A stretch of 64,000 nt of DNA. Origin: Macrostomum lignano (Eukaryota). The position numbers and the translations under genes were made by a program. The notes beneath the pieces were generated by a model. That model made no database searches. It had not been told where the DNA came from and saw only the letters and a program-made list of their open reading frames with translations. Position 1 is the first letter of the stretch. Every line of letters starts with the position of its first letter. This document shows, one piece after another, positions 36,930 through 50,392 of the stretch. The stretch lies in NCBI GenBank assembly GCA_002269645.1, contig NIVC01001953.1:124001-188000 (forward strand), written 5' to 3'.

Positions 36930-37320
36930 AAGAAATTGCGGCCTAGGGAATTAAGCTAAAAGTTGGAGGAAGAAGGAGTAAAAATTCATCAAAAGAAGTG
37001 GATTGAAACTCCAACTAGGCGAACAGCGAGCTTACCAAAATTTGATCTTCTTCTTCTGCAGTTAAGAAAGTTGCTTACCAAAACAAGTGAATAGTTTAAT
37101 ATAAATAACTATGACACGCAAAACTATTATTGTATTCCGAATACTGGGGGGTCAGAGAGAGAGAGAAAGGTTACAAACAAGAGAAAATAAATTTTAGAGC
37201 AAACAGAGGAGGAAGGGAAGTCTAAAAACTGACATTTTTATAAACAGCTACGATCGGCATTGGGAGAGAGAAGGCTGGGAGGGGGGAGACAGACCAGGAT
37301 CGATAAACTGCATAAGGCAG
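36930..37320. repeat. Dispersed or locally duplicated segment, CpG-intact copy; inverted homolog at about 40100-40500
   Basis: Several colinear blocks are shared. For example 37245-37266 matches the reverse complement of 40165-40186, and 37031-37087 matches the reverse complement of 40331-40385. Confidence 0.75.
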
Positions 37321-38134
37321 GCTTGGCTCATGCTATAGCGATTCCTTTCCCTCTCCCGTCCTCACAGCCCGTGGGGCGTTTGGGGGGGATTAGTTGACGA
37401 GAACTTGGCTGCGGGAGGGAGGGAGGCGGGTAGGCTAGAGGGGCAGGGGTTGAGCTGCCTTTTTGGGGAGGTGGGGCGAGAGGAGAGAACTAGGGAGAGT
37501 AAGACCGGGAGCGGGGGGCTGTATGCCTAGGATGGCTGGCCCTCTCTCTCTCTGCAAGGGCAAGTTTGGTACAGCCCAAGCGCGTACAAGGACGGCAGCC
37601 CTAAGGGATGGCTGCAGCAGGCTGGAGGGGAGCTGGGAGGACTGGCCAAGGAGGGCTGCAAAGCCATCGAGAGAGAGAGAGAGGCTCTGCTTTCATGAAT
37701 TTGACGGATTATCGCTGCGCGATTTTCTTCTTTATTCATTCTTTTCTCTCCCGCCCCCGTGGCTTTTGCTTTCTTTTTAATCTACAGAAAACTGGGGATT
37801 TTCTAAGCCGCTCCCCCTTCCATTGGGAGAATGAAGAGATGCCTCAGACAGACAGGAATCTATCGCATCCGGAATCAGGAGTAGATCAGATCACAACCAG
37901 TGTGTACAACCGCAGCTATAATCTTCCCCGATCGGGTAACCCTCCAGAGCAATAAAAACACGGCGAGCCTGTGCCATTTTGACGAGACATGCTTTTTGAG
38001 CGCTATAATAGGAATTTGTATTGAGTCACTATGATGTACCAACTATGGAATCTCGACAATTGACATATCTTGACATAAAAACTTTTTACTATTTCTATAA
38101 GCATCTGTCCATTGATACATATTGCCATTTTGAT

Positions 38135-38345
38135 ATAAAATTCGTGCCATTCCAATATAAAATTCGTGCCATTCCGATATAAAATTCGTGCCATTCCGAT
38201 ATAAAATTCGTGCCATTTCGATATACAAGTCGTGCCATTTTGATTTGAAAATCGTGCCATTTCAATATAAAATCCGTGCCATTTTGATATAAATTCATGC
38301 CATTTGTATGTAAAATTCGTGCCATTTTGATATAACAGTTTGCCA
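38135..38345. repeat. 22-bp minisatellite (AAAATTCGTGCCATTCCGATAT)
   Basis: Tandem array with degenerate units. Confidence 0.88.
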
Positions 38346-39009
38346 TATAACGATCCATAGTCACTAAGACAGACCAAACGCACTGGTTAAATACAAAAAT
38401 GGTTCAACTATTGTCACTGAAAGCAAGTGCTGACGGAACTGGGAGCAGAATTAGCAAAGGGGAGAAAGAGAAAATTAGGACAGCGCCAGACAGACACCTC
38501 AGACCGCACAAAAACACTAGAAGAGGACCGAAGCAACCCCAGACCGTATTAGGGAATTTATGAAGTTTTTCTAGAAACGCCCACACAGGAAATTTGCAAC
38601 GCACAGCCACTTGTTAAAACTGCTCGGCCACTGGATTGGAGCCTTTAGATTACCTATTGTTAGGAAGCCCAAACGAGTGTGGGCGGTGAATGACAACCGT
38701 TTACTGAGAAAAGATCATAACAAATGTGTTGATAAAATCAACCCAGTCCATTTAATATCCTCCCCATTTTAAAATATAGCCAAGAAAAAACGCCATACAA
38801 ATGTATTCCATTAGCAAATAAAAATGCATGTAGAGAAACGAACTTTTATAGACATACTATGCTACTTACAGTAGAAATATAAAACTTCTGTAACCTAAAT
38901 CAAAGCAATTAAACATTTTTGATGTAGAAAAATGTTATCATATTATGCAAAAACTGTATTAAAGTACATTACATTTGAATCTTAATTGGATAGTCCTCAA
39001 AGTTCTGAA

Positions 39010-39150
39010 TCCTAGCTTATATCCTAAGTCCTAAGCTTATATCCCTAAGTCCTTAAGCTTGTATCCCTAAGTCCTAAGCTTATATCCCTAAGTCCTTAAG
39101 CTTGTATCCCTAAGTCCTAAGCTTATGTCATAAAGTCCTAAGCTCATATC
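39010..39150. repeat. Short ~23-bp tandem repeat (CTTATATCCCTAAGTCCTAAG)
   Basis: About five copies. Confidence 0.8.
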
Positions 39151-40099
39151 TTGATAAAAAACCATGGCTGCTAGTTCTGCCCTAGCCAGAGTAATATTGG
39201 CTATAACTAATTTTACAGATGTTGACAAGAATGGCAAGTCTAACTTCATACTTTGACTAGGCCTAGTACTCCAAATACAAGATTTCTATATCCTTTAAAG
39301 CGGGTTTTGACTATTTGATATAGATCATCATAAATTTTATTATGAGAGAAATCTGCACTCTGCTATTTGGGAGGCAACAAAGTTAGAAATAAAAATGTTT
39401 GAATGAATTAAATTTAGGCTATAGCAATCATTGTAGATTGTAGATTGTAGATTTCTTAAAAAGAATGTTTAAAAAGCATCAACCCTAAGAGCAAGCTATT
39501 TAGTCTAAGATATCAGCATCATCTCTGAGCTTTGGCTCAAAGCATCTAAGCAACTCCTCATGAGCCATAGTATTTTAGAAATTCCCCCATGATCCTTGAC
39601 ATTATCTCTATGAGCCAAGGTATCTCAGTAATCCCCTATAAGTCTTTATATCTCAACAATCTCCCATGAGCCATAGAACTTTAGCCTTAGCATCTTAGCA
39701 ACTCTACCCATGAGCAAAAATATATACAATATTTCAAGAATAAAAATAGATAGCAATAGGCTAGATATTACTAATAATAAAAAACAAGCAAATACATTTA
39801 TTTTAAAAACTACAAATATAATCTTATATATAGCCTTTTTATTTTATTCTAGTTAGATTCAAACATTTAGCAATATTAATCATTAAAAAATATAAACAGA
39901 ATAGAAGCTGATACTATAAAAAAGTTAAATATTAAATAAAGTTTTTTGAATATATACTAAGCATATATATACTTTTAAAATATATAATTTTTATTATATT
40001 TGAGACATTTAGTTTTTGAAAAGATACCTAGTAGAATAGTATCAATACTCATAAAGAGTTTAAATTCATTTGAATGATCAATATCAAATGATTGAAAAT

Positions 40100-40500
40100 T
40101 TAGCAAACCTGGGCCTGCTTAGTATCTTTTCTCTTATATAGTCTTTCTAGTCTTAGACTTTTCCCTCCCAATGCCAATCATAGCTGCTTATAAAAATTTC
40201 AATCTAAACTTCTTTTTTTCTCCTATTCCTCTTAGTGGTTTGCTTTATTTTTTCTCTTATTTATAACTTTTCTCCCTCTGACCCCTCATAGTTATTTATA
40301 TCAATAATTTTATAATATTGACATTTCTGACTTGGTTTGGTAAGCAAATTTCTTAATTGCAGAAGAAGATTAAATTTTAGTAAGTTTATTATATGGCAAT
40401 CAAAAAACTTTTTATTCTATTGATTTAAAGCTCTTGGCCTATTTGGAGTTTAGTATGTATTGGGGTTTTTTAATTCTTTTTCATAAGGTTTGAAACTTAT
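40100..40500. repeat. CpG-decayed inverted copy of 36930-37320
   Basis: Same blocks as the 37-kb copy, with CG>TG/CA and other C>T or G>A changes. Confidence 0.7.
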
Positions 40501-40693
40501 ATTCCATTTTTAAACATACTTAAAAAGTCTATAAATAGCAAAAGAAGCATAATAAGCAAAATTTTAATTGTCATATCAAATTTCACTACCTTAATACATT
40601 GTCATTTTGATATGTTATAATTTTTGCTCTAGCCCCTATTCAATCATATCTGCTTAGTGGGCATGCTGATTTGCTGAGAGGTTGTTTCTTTTG

Positions 40694-40700
<7 letters not shown>

Positions 40701-40747
<47 letters not shown>

Positions 40748-40760
40748 TCTCTCTCTTTCA
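40701..40760. repeat. (CT)n microsatellite
   Basis: Directly visible. Confidence 0.95.
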
Positions 40761-43229
40761 CTTTTTGCCCCTCTACACTGCCTGGCCCCAGCTAGCATTG
40801 CCTTGCTCCACACCCCGCACCTAGCTTTCCAAACTACTACATTTTAAACTAGCGATACTCAAGTGAGCTATAAAGATAGTCTCTTACTATGAGGACTCAA
40901 TCAATTGTAAGCAAATAAAGTGTATAGCTATTAATGATATTCAAACAAGCTTCACAGCTTCTGGCACTAGTAAGAACCCAAGTTCATCCATTTCTTTAGC
41001 TTTTCTGAGGCCTTGCCAATGACTGTACAATGCTCATACAATTCTCTATAGCTAGAGCATCATCACACCTGACTGTGACCACTGCAGTATAGCAGCATTG
41101 TATATTGCAAATTATTATTTTATTATTCTGGTTACTTTATATAGTGTGTACTACCTACAGTATCAAAACTAAAAGCACTTGAGAGTAATACCACATCTTG
41201 AGCCATAGCATGAACTCTGAGTGTCACAATACTAGATAGAGCAACCTATTATTGCAGAGCATTGTCATACCTGCTTGTATCTATATAAGTACTAGACAGA
41301 GCTTCACTACACCTATTATATTACATATAACCTATTGTACTCAGGACTAGGCATTTAGACTGACCCAGGTTATAACAATATCATAGAATAGGTATAGACA
41401 AATTGATCTAACCTTGGAAAAATATTTTATAAATAGTACCAATACTAAAATATAGATAAGAAAAGTATAACAAAGAAAAATAAAGTAAAAGCCTAGATTT
41501 CACATAAATATCAGTTAGAATATGATATACATGTTTAACAATTTTGAGTATACAATAGTAAATTAACATTTAATTAGAGCCTAATAGGCTATTATATATA
41601 ATTTTTTAATGTAGAAAATTATACTTCTGTTCATTTTTCTTCTAATAGGTCTAAAGACTTAGTAGAGTTTTCTTTTATATTTAATAAAAATTTATTTTGA
41701 TAATAGATCATCTTGGTAATAACAATTTGGCAATGAATCATTTATATATAAGGAAGGCCCCTCTCGTTTTATTCAACTATTTACATGCATTTCAAAACCG
41801 CGCTAAAAACTAAGAAACACTTTATTGTTAAAATGTATATATTTTCGATAATACTTCGCGCAAATTAATTTTGTTATAAATTGTAAAAATTAATATAAAT
41901 ACAAGCGATTCAGTCGAGAGAAGAGCCAACTTGCGGCATGCAGTTCAAGAAGTAAAGGTGCTAAGCAATAATCAGTGTTCCGACTAAATATGTTTGCAGT
42001 GTTTTCTGAGTTATTTATTTGAAGTAAGAGTGAAGTAGACGATAGTATATACAGTATATACTACTGAGAGGGAGAGAATTAAGTAGTAAGAAATACGAAG
42101 TAGATCTGAAGTGATACGTGTAAGAATAACCAGAGGCTGTGACCCTCTGATCTCAGAAACGCCCAGGACTAGAAAAGTACATGCAATACATATACCAGTA
42201 AGCCAATAGACCACTCAGGCCAGAATAATAATAAACGCTACCAGAACAATAGTAAACGCTACCGGAATAACATGAGAACGATAACAATTGTAAGGGCTAA
42301 ATAATATTCTAAGAACAATATACTCAGATAAATACTCAGACTAAAATACTAATATATATACTCAGATCAATTCTAAGAAACATTTCTCAGATTATTCTAA
42401 GATTGATAAACTCATAATTTATTAATAGGATAATCCTGGTGGCAGCTACCAATATTTATAAAAACAGGAGTATAGCCCTTTGACAACTTTAGTGACAGCT
42501 GTGGAATCATTTGAAGAGACAGAAGAAACACAACTGCAACAACTTGGTGGCAAGATAAGGACTAGGCAGAGGCTCAGAATTAGGACTTTATAAGACAGAG
42601 CCAGGAGGCCTAGCATAGCTTGGTGGCATTAGGGGAATAGCTAAAGAGGGAAGCAACACCCCAGTTACATATATACGAGTATGTAATTGCTAATTGACAT
42701 ACTGATCTAGCTACTATAAAATAAGGTAAAATAAGGGTAAATTGCAAAATTGAAGACAATCTTTAATATTTTTACTTTTAGACAAAATTTAGCAAAAATG
42801 ATGAATTTTTTCTATTTTGTTTTAGGGTACTTCACAAAACTAAGTCACATTTTAATGAAAACTAAGTTATATATTTAATTTTTCTATAATAAATCATATA
42901 TTTATTTGAAATCATTTTGAATGCATTTTGAAATCTGAAGTCATACTCAAAACAAACCTTTGTAACCTTGTTAATGGTTAAGGAGATAAAAAAACTTGGA
43001 ATAAAATTTTAATTTAAGTCATCTGCTTTACTCTAAAGATATAATAAAGTGTGATAAAGCATATGCGGCAAGTAAACATATGCAGCACATAGAATACCTC
43101 TTGATATACTTGCATCTGGATACTCAATTGTATAGAATATAGCATTATGTACATAGCATTAATTGCCCAATCTGTTAGATTTTATATTAAGTATATACAG
43201 TAGCATTTAGAATGTGCACTTATAAAGTC

Positions 43230-43927
43230 CAAGGACGACTTAAGTAGAAGGACGGGAAACCTCGTTTCTTAGAAAAGTTTTGAAGGCACTTTTTCCCGAA
43301 AAAATACACTACGGAGATAGGAAGTTTTCATTTTTTCAGCACAAAAATTGTTATTGCGTTTGATAGGAGGCAGATCCAGTGTTCATCTTTTGATATGTTG
43401 TGCCTTTTTTATTGCTCTATCGATATTTGTAAAGCTTTTCGTTCAGAAAATTAGGATTCTATGTTAATTTTTTATTCTACGTATATTTTCGCGTGTCTTG
43501 TGCTTGAAATACATTAGAATGCCACGGCTCGGCTCTTTAGCTTCATGAGTCTTTTTTATCATTCTTACCCGACTGTGTAGCAAATATTTGTAACAGAGAT
43601 GATAAAATAGGTTCATAAAACCAAATATTGGAGCTGTGTCATGCATTTTTGTGATTTTTAGGTACAGGAAATATACGTAGAATAAAAAATTAACATAGAA
43701 TCCCAATTTTCTGAACGAAAAGCTTTACAAATATCGATAGAGCAATAAAAAAGGCACAACATATCAAAAGATGAACACTGGATCCGCCTCCTATCAAACG
43801 CAATAACAATTTTTGTGCTGAAAAAATGAAAACTTCCTATCTCCGTAGTGTATTTTTTCGGGAAAAAGTGCCTTCAAAACTTTTCTAAGAAACGAGGTTT
43901 CCCGTCCTTCTACTTAAGTCGTCCTTG
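43230..43927. mobile_element. 698-bp foldback MITE with 259-bp TIRs and an 8-bp TSD (ATAAAGTC); P or hAT superfamily-like
   Basis: 43230-43488 is the reverse complement of 43669-43927 with about two mismatches by eye. The termini are CAAGG...CCTTG, and identical 8-mers lie at 43222-43229 and 43928-43935. Confidence 0.92.
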
Positions 43928-45084
43928 ATAAAGTCTTGTTGAAGTCTGGCAATATTTTGCTCATTGAATTACAGAAATTTATGGTTATTGCTTTTTTTTA
44001 GGAATAAACTTTATAATAAGTCTGTCTTGTTGTTGACAAATTTGCTTAGCTTGTTTTAACTATTGACAAATTTGATTTACTTTAATTTCTTAAATTTGAA
44101 GTCTATTGATAAATTAGATATTGACAAATTTAGTATAAACCAAATTAAATAAAGGGAATGAAACTAGCTAGGCCCTAATAACTAATGACAACTATCCCTA
44201 TTGGAATAAGTTGACAAACGCGGACAATCATCAGTCACATTTTTGGATTCTCCTAGTGTCATGTCGCACAACAGTGGTGTCAAGTGGTATGTCGCGTCGC
44301 GCAACACTGTGGAAACCTAGTGTCATCATGCGTCACGCAACGCGACAGTGTGGCAACTTGGCGGCTGGCATCATCATGTGTCACATTGCGGCCTGGATCT
44401 ATAGCCAAAACCTTGCAAACTGTGTTTCATTGTAATATGTTCACAGTTGTTTCTTGGTATTTAAATGTTTCAAACATGTTTGATAATAACTAGTTCTTAA
44501 ATTGTTCCTTTTTATTTTGACAGTAAAGTAACTAATACTTCAAATATAATTTTTAGAAATGTTACTTGTTAGTTACAATGCGTGCACTGTTTTTCTAAGT
44601 GTTGTACCTTTGTTGTTTTACTGTTTATTGTTTTTAAATTTCATTTCTTTTTCCGCGAAATTGAAAGGAATACTCTCGTCTCTCTCCCTATGGTCTTGGT
44701 GTCGGGAGTGAATGGCAGAATGGGAATTGTCAATTGCAATGTGGCTGCTGTGTTGTCCTCCCCCCTCCCGTCATTTGGTCAACAGACATTGGTGTTACGT
44801 CGCGCATCGCTGCCTCTAGTCAACAAAATTTGGTGTCGCGTTGCACTTTTGAGGGCACAATTTTGGCACCCGTGTTGTGCGTCTGCGGGTTTTTGAAACT
44901 TAATCCAATAGGGACAACTATATATATCATATTTGGTTTATTGCTAAAATGCTTACTACAAAAATTGACTATTGTTAAATCCATAGTCAGGAAGATGGCG
45001 TTTTACTCGGAAAATTCCAGCATACACAGGGAAATTTTGGGCCAATTTCGGCGTACATGGTGTACCATGGTTAAGAAAATAGCA

Positions 45085-45925
45085 AAGGCCGTTAATAGCA
45101 AAAGCGTTAGCATTAAAACAAAAAAATCTTAACTTTTTAACTCCTAATTTTGTTAAGTTTACTGAAAGTTAACTGATAATCATTAATAAGCGTTAATCCG
45201 TTAAAGTTAACACAGAAAATACGGAAATCTTGCACGTTTTTTTCAAAACAGACTTTGTATTGCACGTCTTTGCTATTCCATCTTTTTAGCGAAACACAGA
45301 GGTCATCTAAGCGATTTGAAAGCTAAAAAAGTATTAAATAATCATTTTAAAAACTTGCATGCATAATACTACTAAAAGTAAAGCATATGGTAAAAAAAGT
45401 AACTTATTTTATTTGAAACTTAAAAGCTAATAATGAGAAATTCATAATTAAATACGCATAGGAAGGTTGTTTCAGTACCATCAGCAGGCGCAGCAGAAAG
45501 TTGCGAAAGATTGGGACAGAATTGAATCAAATTGATCGATGCTCATGCGCAAGAAATAAAGTTTCACACTATTTTAATTCATTATTTTAAAGTTTATTTG
45601 TAAGAAGTTGTTAATTACATGTATGTCTGTATGATCATCGTCATAAATAAAGAGATTATATTTAGGCATATAGGTAAGCTCAAATACGTTTGTAATGTTT
45701 AAACTTCTTGTAAGACTTCTATTTTTCGTTCCTTCTTTGCGTCTTTGGTCATTGACATAGACACTACCGTTAACGATGAATTTATCGTTAATTACAAAAT
45801 TTTTAACGCAAATTCGTTAATCCGTTAGTTCAAAAAAATCTTAATGACAGACCGTTAATGTTAATGAAAAATCTTAACGCTTATTAACGGATTAACACTT
45901 ATTAACGGACTGGTGCCCAACACTG
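45085..45925. mobile_element. Possible hAT-type non-autonomous relic
   Basis: The right end TGCCCAACACTG is the reverse complement of CAGTGTTGGGCA. Dense TTAACG/CGTTAA subterminal motifs occur at both ends, but no matching left TIR was found. Confidence 0.35.
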
Positions 45926-48424
45926 GCCACAACACACAATTGTACGCCATGCCACTGTGGGCGTGGGGCCCTGCCCACCCACAATATCCTAAATCCTGAT
46001 GCATAAAGTTTATTTTCAAAAAAACTATTTTTTTAAAAACTGAAAAGGAAAGAAAAAATGAAAATGGTTTTTCTGGTGCTATTTTCTTTTGTTAAAGTCA
46101 TATTATCGAAACCCATTCATGTGCACTGCTAGGTTGACAGTTGCTTTGTCTGCCGCCAGTTTGTCTACCACCCTTTTGTTTGCAAGAATGCGATACAGTT
46201 GTTTCATCTGCCAACGAATAGTAAAGTTTTAATAAGTGTAAATATATCAGTTGTTGTCGTTAATTTGAGATTTGAGATATTTGAGATAACTAATAATGAT
46301 TAGAATATTGGGATAATTTCTTAGGAGAAATGACTTAAAGGAGTAATTTCTGAATATTTTTGTTTATATTTAATAAACTACGCAATTGAACGAATTCAAT
46401 GCATTTTCGTCATGATATGGCATGATGCCATACTATCTCTTAACAGTCTCAAAGCTTCAAAGCTCAAAAGCAATTAGTCAAGTTAGAATTATTTTACTTA
46501 TTATAAGTAAGTTACACGCGCACAAATTATAAATCCCATTCACAGCTCACTATGTAGATTCAATTAAAGCTTATTTACGAATAATTGCATTTCTTGGAAA
46601 CATTGTGATAAGCAAAAAAATACAAAGACTACATATAATTCTAAATCTGAAAATTACTAGTAAATTCTAACTATTAAAAATAAACTATAAATTAATTTCA
46701 GCCATTTATAAAACTTATTTTGCTACTTATTATAAAAAGTTGTTTTGTCTGCCGGCAGACGAAAAGGCGGCAGACAAAAAGACCGCGTACCCACTGCTAC
46801 CCCTACCCCCCCCCCCAGTCCGTTGGCGTACCACCAGGTTCCGATCTCGGCATACACGGCGTACCACTTTTTTTTACCGACTTTTTATTGCGGCGTACCT
46901 GTGCCATGATCCTGACACAGGTGTTAAATATCAATAATAATATTGGGAATTTAGTATTATTGACAATAGTCAATATAGTGGAAAGCTAGGCCTACTAATT
47001 TTAAAAGCATTGTACATAAAAAAGCTTATACCTACTCTTAATGGCCAACTATTTAACTTAATAATAATCATTATTATTATTGATAATATAATAATATTAG
47101 TCAATAGTATATAGTCAAATAACTAAATTCATAAACAATGCATATAATTTCTATTTTTATATTTAGTGAAGGATGAGTGCTACCTATGCCATGGCTATAA
47201 CCTAGGCTTTTTAAGGTTAGAAATCTAGTTGCGAGCTGGCTTGCAAACAATAACAAACTAACAAATCCATCATATTGATTCATATGGCACTTTTATTACA
47301 TTAAAAAATCCTTTTTTGAAATTGGCAACTGGCATGGAGAAATTGAAGTTGCCATATTGACCTCTGATGCAAAAAATCCAGTTGTCAATGAGATTTTCAA
47401 AGGGGCCAAAAAATCCCATATGGCCCAAAAAAATCTAGCCTATACTATAACAGGCTAGTTAGCCTTAGTTATACTATTTATACAAAGTAGCATAGCCATA
47501 GGCCTAGTCCATAGGCTAATTAGGGTTTAGGCTAGTAGGCTACACTTAGAGACATAGTTTCTAGGTCCATACCTAGGCCTATCATATTTATATACACTGC
47601 TGAGTGCATACATGGCCGCCGTGTCTATAAGTACTCCGTTTAAAAAATATATCATTATAATTAATTATTAAGATCATATAGAACATTGCAATTTGATTAC
47701 AATTGCACGACAGGTTGGTTAGCTTAGTACACAGACGTTAGAAATTTAGTAGCCTGTACTGTAGAGACTCGAGATTAGATACTTCAATAAGTTGAAACTT
47801 CCATTTCTTGGAAAAAGTACAAAAACAAATACATGCTCAAAATCGCATTTTGATAAAACAAAAGTGTGTTAGTTTTTCTCGTAACTTATTGGCTTGATTT
47901 AGCTTGATTGCAAAAAATGTTCAATACGCTTTGCTTATTCCTTCGGCTCCTATAATCCTGTTAATTTCATCTTTTCTTATCACATCACATCCCCAGTTGA
48001 TTGTGCCTATTCGGGTTGGGCGTCTACTGCAGCAAATTAATTTAAAATAGAAGAAAATTTAAGCCATTTACCCAACAGATTAGCAAATTTCTGATAATGA
48101 ATAATATTTTTAAGTTTCGTACAGAATAATAAGTTTTTTGTAAAATTGCTTCTAAAAAGCTTTATCGTATTGCGTCAAATTTTGCCAATCAATATGCAAA
48201 AACTGCCGCCAAAATTTCTCTATTGGGGCGAGCTTCAGCCTGTTAATGTGAAGAGCAATGCAGGAGAACCACGTTAGATATTCGTACTTATACATGGAGG
48301 GCTAGGACAATTCTTACTGTAACTTGAATTGGAATCTCGGCTTGGCTCTGCTCGTGCAATTAACGGCCTTGAGAGCCAACCCCCCAAGGCGCAGTGAAGT
48401 GTACATGCCTAACGATAAAATAAA

Positions 48425-48570
48425 GTTAGGGCCGCTGTACACTCCTGTGTGAGTGTGTGCCTGCGTACGTATCCGCGCGCTTGTATGCCTGCTCAGGGGA
48501 GTCGGCGGAATGGGCAGCAATGCCTCTCGCCGGTTGTGTGCCAATGTCGCTTAAAGTGCGCCAGGGTGCA
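48425..48570 (+). mobile_element. Second copy of the family B SINE-like body
   Basis: Similar to 4868-4990. Confidence 0.5.
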
Positions 48571-48779
48571 CACAACCTCCTGCCTCTAATAATAAATCAT
48601 ACGGTGTTTTTTAAACAATGGTACACATTGTAGTCCAGAAATACATGTAGATATAGCTCTTGCTGACTTCTAAACTAGCGCATGGCTCTCATCAATTGGA
48701 TTAACCTACTCGTTGATTCTCTGAACGTGGTGACGAGTAGTGAGCCATCGCTATTGATCGAGCTTAAGTAGGAAGGAGC

Positions 48780-49330
48780 TCAGAATTATGATGCCGAATT
48801 GGAGGAATTCATCAATTGGCTTGAGAACGCGGCTGATTTTGGCGACTTTTACCAGAGCTTTCTAATATACTGAGGATGTCACGGGGAAGCTGGACGCGGC
48901 TGTAATTGAATCAATGCCAAGAACAACGCAGGAGCAAATGCGACGACATGGGGAAGCTTTTAAGAAATTTATGAAGGAGCACAGGCTTGAATACTAGGTG
49001 CCGTGGAAACTTAAAACGAATATCTACGGTTATTTTTATTTCGGTTTGAAGAAACAAATGTGGAAAGCTTTATGCGCCTGCAAGCCTAAAGTGCATTCGA
49101 GCAGGCATCCAGCGGTCCTTCACGGTCCAATACCTTCACCTGGTCACGAAGCATTCGGTGAACTAGTTGCGTTGAGAATAATTTGCAAGCTCCAACATAA
49201 TGCTAAAGGTGAAGGTGTCTATGAGTCTTAGGCTGACTAAGCCTGAAATAACGGCGCGCAATGTAACGATATATACAGATTTTTTTTCGGCAGCAATTGC
49301 ATGAGCTGAAGTCGCGTAGCAGCTGAAGCT
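48780..49330 (+). pseudogene. Degenerate Crypton-like (DUF3504-type tyrosine recombinase) ORF relic
   Basis: A broken frame reads KLDAAVIESMPRTTQEQMRRHGEAFKKFMKE..*..YFYFGLKKQ, then after a +1 shift CGKLYAPASLKCIRAGIQR (49059-49115), and later FASSNIMLKVK. The motif order matches my recollection of Crypton/KIAA1958/ZMYM-type proteins. Confidence 0.55.
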
Positions 49331-50392
49331 TAGTAAATCAATTGCTGCCGTGAAAGAATCTTTCTTTGTCGTTATTGTACCCTTCGTCATGAAATTTATT
49401 GTTGTCAGATTTCTTGTCAATTCTGCTGTCTATGGCACTTTGAAAGAGCAGTAAAGCTAAATCAGTCAATTGTCTATGGTAATGTGTGATATTAAATATC
49501 GCTGAGCCTCATGTATAATGATCAAAATTCATGTGGCTTGTTGCACAGCCAACAACTGAACTGACATATGCTTAAACAGCAAGTCGACACATGACATGAC
49601 TTAACGTCACGAATCTACTGCTTTGCAGCCTGCGGCACTCCCACTGCTCTTCTTACGCCGAAGAGTGGATTCTGAAGTGTTCCAGTGACTTCAGTTCAAA
49701 TCAACATCCTTTTTGAAATTTTGTCCAGTTGCAACAGGGGAATTAGATTTCTCGAAAATTAATTGCTACAAGCATTTAGCTCTAATATATTCTTATACAA
49801 ATACGACAAAACTACGTCATTCGGACTTTGAAAGATTGACACTCGGTTATTAAAATTATTTAAATACCGGTAAATAAAACAGCCCTGACTTCTCTCAAGC
49901 AATTGCAGTGTTGCTAAGCGACATTTTGGGATCTGGGACGGCGGTTTATCTCTATGTAAAGCAGATTGACTTGTACAGAGATCGTTAATGAAAAAAAATA
50001 TTTTCGAAATTTTTGGAATACGACTCGACAAATCAAGATTGAACATGACGATATGGCTGAAGGCAGGATGTTTGGTAGTCAATGGAGTGAGCCAAATTGC
50101 CAGGCCCCAACGTTTTAATAGTCAGTGAGTCGACGATGAATAATATGGAAACACACTTAAATCGGTATTAAAAATCATAGGGCCTAGTGCATTTCATTGT
50201 AAGGGATCCTTTCACTGTAGAAGCAATGACTGATATTGTTTATAGATAGTGATACAAACGATATAATCATAATTACGCAATGTTCGAGCAAAATTATAGC
50301 ACCATTGCTACTAAGCATTATTAAAACTGAATTTCAGTATGCGATTATGCTCATCATCTCCGTCCAGTTCGTAGACCTAAATATGTGCATTT

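Noticed and set aside
37031-37079. Two GTAAGC donors and an apparent 20-nt micro-exon as Rab3 5'UTR exons
   Set aside because: The same arrangement exists in the inverted copy at 40331-40385, so it is part of a repeat. The 23-nt gap is too short for an intron.
42480-42680. Arg/Gly-rich decayed coding-like stretch
   Set aside because: Stops occur in all frames and no family could be assigned.
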